Source: an uncultured euryarchaeote
GTDB lineage: Archaea; Thermoplasmatota; Thermoplasmata; UBA10834
Direction of reading: 5' to 3'
DNA: 53,934 bases
Assembly: GCA_937872085.1 (NCBI GenBank)
Contig: CALMQK010000363.1
Span: 1-53,934 of the forward strand
Below the pieces are notes generated by a model. The model saw only the letters and a list, made by a program, of their open reading frames with translations, did no database searches and was not told where the DNA came from. This document shows, piece after piece, positions 36,433 to 44,771 of the stretch. Both the position numbers and the translations under genes were made by a program. Within the stretch, counting starts at the first letter, position 1. Each line of letters begins with the position of its first letter.

Positions 36433-37265
36433 ACGAGTTGCCAGAGAAGAAATCAGAACACCATGACGAGTTCATGAAGCTCCACATGTTCAAGGAAGAG
36501 TACATCGCGAAGCTCGAGGCCATCGGGATCACATCGCCCGAGGAGCTAGCGGAAGCTCTGGAGGACGATGAGAGGACGAAGGAGGTCCACGAGCACCTCA
36601 AAGGGGCCGGCCAGAAGACCATCGGGCACTGGAAGGAGGACCTCGGCGTGGTCTCAGAGGAGGAGGCCGAGACCGCAGAGGAGGAGCCGGAGAAGGCACC
36701 TGCGAAGAAGGTCAGGAAGGTGAAGGCTCCCGCGAAGAAGCCCTCGGAAACGAAAGAGGTGAAGAAGGAGGGCAAGAAGGAGAAGGCCGACAAGGGCGAG
36801 AAGAAGTCCGACAAGAAAGAGGACGAAGAGGTCGAGATCGAGGAAGAGGAGGGCTACAAGGTGAAGCTCAAGCCGAAGCTCTCGAAGGAGACCCTCTACG
36901 CGCTCAAGGTCAGGGCCGGCATCAACGCGAGGAGACCCGAGTTCCTCAGGCAGGAATGGCACAAGAGGCCGAGGCTGCAGAACGTCAAGTGGAGGAAGCC
37001 GCAGGGAGACCATTCCAAGATGAGGCATCATTACAGATACAGAATGACCATCGTGTCGATCGGCTTCGGCGGGCCGAAGGCCGCAAGATACCTTCACCCG
37101 TCCGGATTCAGGGAGGTCATGGTGCACAACGTGAAGGACCTCGCGAAGATCCACCCCGATGTCGAGGCGGCCCGGGTAGGGCACTCGGTCGGGTACAAGA
37201 AGAGGCTCGCGATCGAGGAGAAGGCGGACGAACTGAAGATCCGGGTTCTCAACAGGAGTGGATGA
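36429..37265 (+). CDS. rpl32e: 50S ribosomal protein L32e with a ~150-aa N-terminal extension (HhH-like segment + K/E-rich linker)
   Basis: C-terminal core PEFLRQEWHKRPRL...WRKPQGDHSKMR. The N-terminus has LEAIGITSPEELAEAL and an acidic/lysine-rich tract. GTG start. Confidence 0.88.
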   Translation: MNELPEKKSEHHDEFMKLHMFKEEYIAKLEAIGITSPEELAEALEDDERTKEVHEHLKGAGQKTIGHWKEDLGVVSEEEAETAEEEPEKAPAKKVRKVKAPAKKPSETKEVKKEGKKEKADKGEKKSDKKEDEEVEIEEEEGYKVKLKPKLSKETLYALKVRAGINARRPEFLRQEWHKRPRLQNVKWRKPQGDHSKMRHHYRYRMTIVSIGFGGPKAARYLHPSGFREVMVHNVKDLAKIHPDVEAARVGHSVGYKKRLAIEEKADELKIRVLNRSG

Positions 37266-37268
37266 TCG

Positions 37269-37718
37269 ATGAATCTCAAGAACCAGAGGAGGCTCGCATC
37301 TGAGCTGCTCAAATGCGGCGTCAACAGGGTATGGATCGACCCCAACATGACCGATGACACGACGGACGCGATCACCCGGGGAGACATCAGGGTACTGATC
37401 AACTCAGGAGCCATAGCCGCCAGACAGAAGAAGGGCGTTTCCAGAGGCAGGGCCAAGTTCGAACTGGCCCAGCGGAAGAAGGGCAGACAGAGAGGGCAAG
37501 GCTCGAGGCGCGGCAAGAAGGGCGCGAGAAAACCCTCGAAGGAGATCTGGATGCAGGCGATCAGGCCCATGAGAAGGAAGCTGAAGGAGCTCAGGGACAC
37601 CGGCAAGATCGATACCAGGACCTACCGTTCATATTACATGAAGGCGAAGGGCGGCCAGTTCAAGAGCAGGCCGCATATGGAATCTCACATGAGGGCTGAG
37701 GGGATCCTCAAGGAGTGA
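37269..37718 (+). CDS. rpl19e: 50S ribosomal protein L19e
   Basis: MNLKNQRRLASELLKCGVNRVWIDP. Confidence 0.95.
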   Translation: MNLKNQRRLASELLKCGVNRVWIDPNMTDDTTDAITRGDIRVLINSGAIAARQKKGVSRGRAKFELAQRKKGRQRGQGSRRGKKGARKPSKEIWMQAIRPMRRKLKELRDTGKIDTRTYRSYYMKAKGGQFKSRPHMESHMRAEGILKE

Positions 37719-38227
37719 TGGACATGGCCACAGGACCGAGATACAGAGTGCCTTTCAAGAGAAGGAGGCAGGGACGAACGGACTACAGGCACAGGGCGGC
37801 ATTGCTCAAGGGCAGGACCGCGCGCCTTGTCGTGAGGAAGTCCAACATGAACATCCGGGTACAATTCGTCGAGTACAAACAGATCGGAGACAACGTGCTG
37901 GCATCAGCCGTATCGACGGATCTGGCGGAGCTCGGGTGGAGCGGCTCTGGGAAGAGCACGCCCGGGGCTTACCTCACGGGTCTCCTGGCCGGCAAGAGGG
38001 CCAAGGAGAAGGGGCTCGGAGATGCCGTGCTTGACATAGGCCTGCGAAAGCCGACCAAGGGTGGCGTTGTGTTCGCCGTCCTGAAGGGAGTGCTGGATGC
38101 TGGGATCGAAGTCCCGCACAGCGACGAGATGATCCCCGTCCAGGACAGGATCACGGGCAAGCACATGCGCGAGGGCACGGCTGCCATGTTCGAGACCACG
38201 AAGAGCAAGATAGGAGGTGCGACTTAA
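37718..38227 (+). CDS. rpl18: 50S ribosomal protein L18
   Basis: [18 protein letters not shown]. Confidence 0.94.
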   Translation: MDMATGPRYRVPFKRRRQGRTDYRHRAALLKGRTARLVVRKSNMNIRVQFVEYKQIGDNVLASAVSTDLAELGWSGSGKSTPGAYLTGLLAGKRAKEKGLGDAVLDIGLRKPTKGGVVFAVLKGVLDAGIEVPHSDEMIPVQDRITGKHMREGTAAMFETTKSKIGGAT

Positions 38228-38964
38228 TGGCTGAATGGACGCCCAAGACAAGGCTGGGAAAGCTGGTCTCCGAGGGCAAGATAACGACGATGAGCGACGC
38301 GCTGAGGAGCAGGCTGCCATTGCGTGAACCGGAGATCGTGGACATACTCCTCCCGGAGCTGGCGGACGAGGTCCTCGATGTGAACATGGTCCAGAGGATG
38401 ACGGATTCGGGAAGGAGGGTCAGGTTCGCGATCACCGTCGTCGTGGGGAACTACGATGGCTACGTCGGACTGGGCAGGCTGAAGGGCAAGGAGGTCGGCC
38501 CCGCGATAAGGGCCGCCATCGATGTCGCCAAGCTGAACATCATTGAGGTGAAGAGAGGCTGCGGGTCGTGGCAGTGCGGCTGCCTCACCCCACACTCGCT
38601 ACCGTTCGAGGTCGCAGGGCATTCTGGGTCGGTAGTCGTCACGCTGAAACCGGCGCCTAGAGGCACTGGTCTCGCTGTCGGAGACATCGCGAAGAGCGTG
38701 CTCAAGCTCGCCGGCGTCAAGGACTGCTGGGGGTTCACGAAGGGACACACGAAGACGACCATCAACTTTTCCATAGGCGCGTTCGAGGCTCTGAGGAAGA
38801 CCTCCCAGATGAGGGTCACCGAGGAGCAGAGAACCAGGCTTCAGATCATGACCGGACCAACAGCGATACACATCGCAGGGGCTTCGATCGATCCGGATGA
38901 GCCCGAGGGACCGGAGTTGGCGGAACCCGAGAAGGCCATGGACCAACCGAAGGAGGGGCAGTAA
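38227..38964 (+). CDS. rps5: 30S ribosomal protein S5 (acidic/proline-rich C-terminal tail)
   Basis: [11 protein letters not shown]...[13 protein letters not shown]. Confidence 0.94.
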   Translation: MAEWTPKTRLGKLVSEGKITTMSDALRSRLPLREPEIVDILLPELADEVLDVNMVQRMTDSGRRVRFAITVVVGNYDGYVGLGRLKGKEVGPAIRAAIDVAKLNIIEVKRGCGSWQCGCLTPHSLPFEVAGHSGSVVVTLKPAPRGTGLAVGDIAKSVLKLAGVKDCWGFTKGHTKTTINFSIGAFEALRKTSQMRVTEEQRTRLQIMTGPTAIHIAGASIDPDEPEGPELAEPEKAMDQPKEGQ

Positions 38965-38965
38965 G

Positions 38966-39460
38966 ATGCCTGCTATCGCAGTAGTCAGAGTAAAGGGGCA
39001 TGCGAAGATCCAGCATACGACGGTCGACACGATGAACCAGATGAAGCTCAACCGCCCGAACCATTGCGTCATCCTCCCACAGACCATAACCACGAAGGGG
39101 ATGCTCCAGAAGGCCAAGGACTATGTCACTTGGGGCGAGGTGAACCACGAGCTCATCGCAAGACTGCTCCACCAGAGGGGGAAGATCGTGGGCGGCGACA
39201 AGCTCACCGACACCTACGTCAAGGCGAACTCGAAGTTCACCTCGATACTCTCATTCGCGAAGGCGCTCGAGAAGGGCGAGGCGAGGATGTCCGATGTGAA
39301 GGGGCTGAAGCCCGTCCTCCGGATGCCGCCTCCGCGCCAAGGCTATGAGAGCACGAAGAAGACCTTCGGGGACCACGGAGCGATCGGCTACCGGGGCGAC
39401 AAGATCGAGAAGCTTCTCGACCGGATGTTGGCCAAGCCGAACCCGACGGAGGGGAAGTAG
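38966..39460 (+). CDS. rpl30: 50S ribosomal protein L30
   Basis: MPAIAVVRVKGHAKIQHTTVDTMNQMKLNR. Confidence 0.92.
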   Translation: MPAIAVVRVKGHAKIQHTTVDTMNQMKLNRPNHCVILPQTITTKGMLQKAKDYVTWGEVNHELIARLLHQRGKIVGGDKLTDTYVKANSKFTSILSFAKALEKGEARMSDVKGLKPVLRMPPPRQGYESTKKTFGDHGAIGYRGDKIEKLLDRMLAKPNPTEGK

Positions 39461-39886
39461 ATGGTCAGCCGGACGAGCAAGTTCAGGGGAAGCAGGACCC
39501 ATGGCCGCGGGAAGAAGGCTGGACGAGGTGCTGGCCTGAGGGGCGGACGCGGGAACGCGGGCCTCCACAAGCACAAGTGGATAAGTATCGTTAAGTACTG
39601 TCCTGATTATTTCGGCCACCACGGGTTCAAGAGGCCACAGTCCGTCGTCTACTCCAAGATCACCATGAACCTGTCGGAGGTCGAGCAGTTCCTTCCATCC
39701 CTCTCCAAGAACGGATTCGCAGAGGAGAAGGGTGGGAAGTGGACCGTCGACCTCACGAAGATGGGCGTCGACAAGCTCCTGGGATCGGGGAGGATCCGCA
39801 TGCCTTTGACGATCAAGGTGGCAGAGGCGTCTGCGACCGCGCAGGAGAAGCTGAAGGAAGCTGGCGGAAACCTGATCAAGGAATGA
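39461..39886 (+). CDS. rpl15: 50S ribosomal protein L15
   Basis: KFRGSRTHGRGKKAGRGAGLRGGRGNAG. Confidence 0.94.
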   Translation: MVSRTSKFRGSRTHGRGKKAGRGAGLRGGRGNAGLHKHKWISIVKYCPDYFGHHGFKRPQSVVYSKITMNLSEVEQFLPSLSKNGFAEEKGGKWTVDLTKMGVDKLLGSGRIRMPLTIKVAEASATAQEKLKEAGGNLIKE

Positions 39887-39962
39887 CGAATCGAACTCAA
39901 GACCGAATGGCTGCAACGGATCTGAAAACGATAGAAGAGTCCTGACAATAGGAAGGGTGCAG

Positions 39963-41537
39963 ATGGCTGAGTCGGATGAACAGAAGAGCATGCTCTACAA
40001 GCTCAAGCCCGTCACCGACAGGCTTCCTGCGGTGACGAGGCCGGAAGGGCATGTGCACTTCAGGACCAAGATGATGTGGATCGTCCTGATCCTGGTGCTC
40101 TACTTCGCGATGACGAACGTCGTGATCTACGGGCTGGACGCATCGCAGAGGATCGACCTGTTCGCCCAGTACCGAGCGATACTCGCCGGCGCGCAGTTCT
40201 CTCTGATGCACCTCGGCATAGGACCCATAGTCACCGGCTCGATCATAATGCAGCTGTTCACGGGCGCGAAGATAATCAAGCTCAACCTCAAGGACGAGGA
40301 TGACAAGGCCGTCTACCAGGGCACCCAGAAGCTCATGGTCATCATCATGATCGTCGTCGAGGCGGTCCCACAGGTGTACGGCTTCATGGAACCGTCGGCC
40401 AAGTTCTCTCTCGGGATGAATAGTCTCCTGCCCGGGAACGGTGCAGGTCTTGCGAAGCTGCTCATCGTCGCGCAGCTGATCGTCGGCTCGTACCTGGTGT
40501 TCCTGATGGATGAGGTCGTCTCCAAGTGGGGCATCGGGAGCGGCATATCGCTCTTCATCGCGGCGGGGGTGGCGCAGGCGATATTCACCGGGTCGCTGAA
40601 CTGGCACCCGGCCGACAGCGCGCTGCCGATCAGCGCCTCCAACGCGCCGGCGGGCACGCTCCCGAAGACGATCTACCTTTTCCAGCACATGTCCGCGCCG
40701 CAACTGGCGAATGGCGGCTATGAGCGCATCTTCCTAGCGCAGCCCAACCCCATGGTCGCTCTCATAGGGACGATAGTCATCTTCCTGTTCGTCTGCTACA
40801 CTGAATCGAGCAGGATCGAGCTGCCGCTCGCGCACGGGGGAGCGAGAGGCGCCCGAGGCAGGTATCCGATCAAGCTGATCTACGCATCGAACATCCCCGT
40901 CATACTGATGGCCGCCCTGCTGGCGAACGTCAGCATGTTCTCCATGCTCTTCTTCAACCACCCTTCGTTCGAGAACGTGCCATTGCTGGGACACAACACT
41001 CTCTTAGGGTACTACGATGCAGGAGCGACCAGGCCATCAGGAGGTCTGGCATACTACCTGTCGAACGTCAACGGGGTGGGAGAGTGGCTCTTGCCACTCC
41101 TCAGCAATCAGTATCTTGGTGCTACGGGGCTCGACAAATCCAGGCTCCAGATCGGCATCCACGTCATCGTCTACGTCTCGGTGATGATCATAGGCTCCAT
41201 CCTGTTCGCCAAGTTCTGGATAGAGACGACGAACATGGGTCCGGAAGCGGTCGCCAAACAGATAGAATCCAGCGGCATGCAGATCCCCGGATTCAGGAGG
41301 GATCCGAGGGTCCTCAAGAGGGTTCTCGAAAGGTACATTCCTGTGGTCACGGTGATCTCGGGTGCGACCGTCGGGGCCCTCGCTGCGGGGGCCGACCTGA
41401 TCGGAACCGTGGGCAACGCGTCTGGCACGGGCGTTCTGCTGAGCGTCGGCATAATGATCCAGCTGTACGATGCCATCGGCAGGGAGCAGATGATGGAGAT
41501 GCACCCGGTGCTCAGGGGCTTCTTCGGAGGCGAATAG
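39963..41537 (+). CDS. secY: Preprotein translocase subunit SecY
   Basis: 10-TM protein following rpl15; GIGPIVTGSIIMQL and GISLFIAAGV motifs. Confidence 0.95.
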   Translation: MAESDEQKSMLYKLKPVTDRLPAVTRPEGHVHFRTKMMWIVLILVLYFAMTNVVIYGLDASQRIDLFAQYRAILAGAQFSLMHLGIGPIVTGSIIMQLFTGAKIIKLNLKDEDDKAVYQGTQKLMVIIMIVVEAVPQVYGFMEPSAKFSLGMNSLLPGNGAGLAKLLIVAQLIVGSYLVFLMDEVVSKWGIGSGISLFIAAGVAQAIFTGSLNWHPADSALPISASNAPAGTLPKTIYLFQHMSAPQLANGGYERIFLAQPNPMVALIGTIVIFLFVCYTESSRIELPLAHGGARGARGRYPIKLIYASNIPVILMAALLANVSMFSMLFFNHPSFENVPLLGHNTLLGYYDAGATRPSGGLAYYLSNVNGVGEWLLPLLSNQYLGATGLDKSRLQIGIHVIVYVSVMIIGSILFAKFWIETTNMGPEAVAKQIESSGMQIPGFRRDPRVLKRVLERYIPVVTVISGATVGALAAGADLIGTVGNASGTGVLLSVGIMIQLYDAIGREQMMEMHPVLRGFFGGE

Positions 41538-41541
41538 CCGG

Positions 41542-42252
41542 ATGGCTAGTCCCAAAGCGCCATCCGCAGGAGGGGCGAGGCCGCCCGCTCCCGACATGGG
41601 CAACCAACTCGTCGTGATGATGGCCCTCATCGTCGCCATGTTCGTGATGTTCGACAACAACCTGCGACTCGCACTTGGCAGGGCCGTCGGGGTCGGTCTC
41701 GACCCGCTGGTGGGATTCAACGGGCACGAGCCATTGCTCACGCTGCTGTTCACGGGTCTGCTCATGAGCTTCTTCTCGATCGCCGTAAGACACTTCTTCG
41801 TCGATTGGGTGAGCATGGCCAGGAACCAGAGGATATCCTCCGCGTTTCAGAAGGAGCTGAGGGAAGCGAGGACGAGCAACAACACCTACAAGCTGAAGAA
41901 GCTCACGGAGCTCCAGCCGCAGATCATGGCGCAGACCTTCAAGGCGTCGGGAACCCAGATGAAGCTGATGCCCGTGACGATGCTCGTGGTCATACCCATC
42001 TTCGCTTGGCTCGCGACCTTCATCTACACAACCGTCTCGTCCACCACTTCGACCAGCATCTCGGTGCCCTGGGCGTTGGATGTGGACATGAAGGGGTCCA
42101 ACATCCTGCCGAACTGGGTGCTGCTGTACTCCCTGCTGACACTGCCGTTCAGCCAGGTCCTCACGAGGACCCTGAAGTACTTCAGCTTCTCCAGGAGGCT
42201 CAAGAACATCGAGGGCGACGAGTTCGCACCCGCACCGAGGACGAACTTCTAG
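41542..42252 (+). CDS. DUF106/EMC3-like membrane protein (archaeal YidC/Oxa1-superfamily insertase candidate)
   Basis: TM segment, then a coiled-coil (QKELREARTSNNTYKLKKLTELQPQIM), then TM architecture. Conserved position between secY and cmk. Confidence 0.75.
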   Translation: MASPKAPSAGGARPPAPDMGNQLVVMMALIVAMFVMFDNNLRLALGRAVGVGLDPLVGFNGHEPLLTLLFTGLLMSFFSIAVRHFFVDWVSMARNQRISSAFQKELREARTSNNTYKLKKLTELQPQIMAQTFKASGTQMKLMPVTMLVVIPIFAWLATFIYTTVSSTTSTSISVPWALDVDMKGSNILPNWVLLYSLLTLPFSQVLTRTLKYFSFSRRLKNIEGDEFAPAPRTNF

Positions 42253-42268
42253 AAGGGGTGATGGTGCG

Positions 42269-42835
42269 ATGAGGATATCCATCTCAGGCCCCCCGGGAAG
42301 CGGCAAGACGACCATCTGCATGCTTGTCGCCAATAGGCTCGAGTACGATTTCGTGGTCGTGGGTCAGATCTTCAGGCAGATGGCCCTGGAGCGCAAGGTG
42401 GAGCTCGAGACCTTCGGGCGTCTGGCGGAGGAGGACGAGACAATCGACCGGGAACTGGACGAGCGCATGCTCGAGATGGCCAAGGCCCGGGAGGACATCG
42501 TCATAGAGGGGAGGATGACCGGGCCAATCCTGAAGAGCAACAATGTGCCTGTATTCGCGGTCTATGTCGCCGCCTCGGAGCATGTGAGGGCGGGTCGGAT
42601 ATCGAAACGCGAAGGGAAGGAGATCGAGCTGGTGCTCAGGGAGATGCAGACCAGGGAGAGGTCCGAGAAGAAACGCTACATGGCATACTACGGGATCGAC
42701 CCGTGCGACAGAGCGATCTACGACCTTTGGGTGGACTCCTCGGAGCTCACCGCCGACAAGGTGGCGGACATGATCGTGGAGAATGCGAGGAAGATCGATG
42801 CAGAAAATGCTGATCAAGTCAAAGCGGCCCATTAG
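42269..42835 (+). CDS. cmk: Archaeal-type cytidylate kinase
   Basis: MRISISGPPGSGKTT P-loop; ~188 aa; conserved position. Confidence 0.85.
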   Translation: MRISISGPPGSGKTTICMLVANRLEYDFVVVGQIFRQMALERKVELETFGRLAEEDETIDRELDERMLEMAKAREDIVIEGRMTGPILKSNNVPVFAVYVAASEHVRAGRISKREGKEIELVLREMQTRERSEKKRYMAYYGIDPCDRAIYDLWVDSSELTADKVADMIVENARKIDAENADQVKAAH

Positions 42836-43781
42836 CTCCGCACTTGGCAGGGACCCCGAGAAGAGGTCCGTCGCGGAGCTGCTCAAGGGCGGCGTGGTCG
42901 TCATGGACAAACCATCGGGTCCCACATCGCATCAGGTGACAAGCTGGGTCCAGAACATCGTCGGTGCCTCGAAGGCCGCTCATGGCGGGACCCTCGACCC
43001 GAGGGCCACAGGGATCCTACCCGTGGGACTTGGGGACGCCGTGCGAGCGATGGATGCCCTGCATGTCGGCACGAAGGCCTATGTCGGGGTCATGAGGATG
43101 CACGGGAACATCGACCTCAAGCGCCTCGACGAGGTGTCCAAGGAGTTCGTCGACGAGATCTATCAGACCCCGCCGATGAAGTCGGCCGTGAAACGCGAGA
43201 TGAGGACCAGGCGCATACACCGGCTCGAGATCCTGGAGGTATCCGACAGGGATGTCTTGTTCCAGGTGGACTGCGACGCGGGGACCTACATCCGCAGCTT
43301 GGCGGTCGACATGGGGGATGCCATGGCGATCGGGGCTCACCTTCAGGACCTCAGGAGAACCAGAGGGGGGATCCTCACGGAGGACTACGCCGTGACGCTC
43401 CACGACCTCAAGGACGCGATGGAGGAACATCTGGCTGGGAACAGCGCGCCCCTGAGGAAGATGCTGCACCCGAAGGAGATCCTCCTGGCTCACATCCCGA
43501 AGGTGCAGGTCAAGGACTCGACGGTCGATGCGATCTGCCACGGGGCGGACCTCGCGATGCCTGGAATAGTCGCGATAGATGAGGGACTGAAGAAGGGCGA
43601 TGTCGTAGCGGTCATGACCCTCTCAGGAGAAGGTGTCGGCTTGGGAAGGATGCTGATGGACTCCGGAGAGGTCATGAAGAGATCGGAGGGGATAGCGATC
43701 GACGTCTACAGGGGCCTGATGGTCCCGGGGACCTATCCACGCTCGTGGACCAGCTCGAAGGGTGCCCCTCAACAGAAATGA
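42798..43781 (+). CDS. truB: tRNA/rRNA pseudouridine synthase Cbf5 (TruB family + PUA)
   Basis: VVVMDKPSGPTSHQV, GTLDPRATGILPV, and a C-terminal PUA-like segment. Confidence 0.92.
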   Translation: MQKMLIKSKRPISSALGRDPEKRSVAELLKGGVVVMDKPSGPTSHQVTSWVQNIVGASKAAHGGTLDPRATGILPVGLGDAVRAMDALHVGTKAYVGVMRMHGNIDLKRLDEVSKEFVDEIYQTPPMKSAVKREMRTRRIHRLEILEVSDRDVLFQVDCDAGTYIRSLAVDMGDAMAIGAHLQDLRRTRGGILTEDYAVTLHDLKDAMEEHLAGNSAPLRKMLHPKEILLAHIPKVQVKDSTVDAICHGADLAMPGIVAIDEGLKKGDVVAVMTLSGEGVGLGRMLMDSGEVMKRSEGIAIDVYRGLMVPGTYPRSWTSSKGAPQQK

Positions 43782-44725
43782 TCCAGCGTCCTCTGCCTGG
43801 CGACCATGGGTTGAGCGTCTATTCCCAATGTCTTCTTGATCAGCACCGCCAGCTCCCTCGCGAAGCCGTGCGTCGTGAAGATCTCCTCCGGCCGGCACCT
43901 GCGTGCGAATTCGAGGAGCTCGTCGTAGCCGCAATGGTCGGAGATCGCGAATGCCTCGTCCACTCGCATCTGGTGATTGAAGTTTCTGTCCAGTGCCCAG
44001 CCGGAGAATGCCGCGGTCTTGGCACCATGCTTCCTCAGGGATTCCACTCTGGGCGCATCCTTCCCTTGGCCTGAGGTGATGTAGACGAAGGGTGGGTCCG
44101 GTGAGACGAACTCCGTGTCAGGAAGATCGTATCCGTGCCTCATGAGGATCCGGTTGTTCTCGGCTATCGCCTGATGGAGCACCAATGGCATGTCCCTGAG
44201 CGTGGCGGTCAGCTCCTGCGATTTGCCCAGGGGATATGCGAACAGAATGGCCGTGCCATCTCTACGGAGGATGTCGCTCAGCCAATCTCGCGCCATCGAC
44301 ATGACCTCCCCGTGCGCTGGGAAGACATATCGCGGCTTGCCGTAAGTGGCTTCCATGATCAGGACATCACATGTCTGGGGTGAGGCAGCCCGCGTGTGCT
44401 CTTTCTCCCTCGTGCAGAAATCACCCGTGTACAGCACCTTATTCTCCCCCTCGACGAGGAACATGTTGGAGCCGGCGATGTGCCCGGCCTCCAGCATCTT
44501 CACGCGCGGATCGGAGCATGCTTCGATGGACTTCTTCCTTCTTGCCTCGACGAAATCCCGCGTGACGGGAGAACAGATAGCGGCCAGCCGCTTGAAGGAT
44601 GTCGGCAGGTGGTCCATGTGCGCGTGAGAGATCATGCTGACATCGTCAGCCTGGACCCTCTTGGAATCGAACCTGAACTTGCACCCATCCATTTCGAGCA
44701 AGATGCCGTTGCCCAGCTGGATCAT
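43769..44725 (-). CDS. Short metallo-beta-lactamase/beta-CASP-type nuclease
   Basis: HxHxDH (ISHAHMDH), YTGDF, EATYG, SDH and THG motifs in the order expected for beta-CASP enzymes; 318 aa. Lies 46 nt downstream of the coiled-coil gene on the same strand. Confidence 0.75.
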   Translation of the reverse strand: MIQLGNGILLEMDGCKFRFDSKRVQADDVSMISHAHMDHLPTSFKRLAAICSPVTRDFVEARRKKSIEACSDPRVKMLEAGHIAGSNMFLVEGENKVLYTGDFCTREKEHTRAASPQTCDVLIMEATYGKPRYVFPAHGEVMSMARDWLSDILRRDGTAILFAYPLGKSQELTATLRDMPLVLHQAIAENNRILMRHGYDLPDTEFVSPDPPFVYITSGQGKDAPRVESLRKHGAKTAAFSGWALDRNFNHQMRVDEAFAISDHCGYDELLEFARRCRPEEIFTTHGFARELAVLIKKTLGIDAQPMVARQRTLDHFC

Positions 44726-44771
44726 CTGATGTTACCTTCGCGGATCGAGGAGACGGGCACAGCCGTATTTA

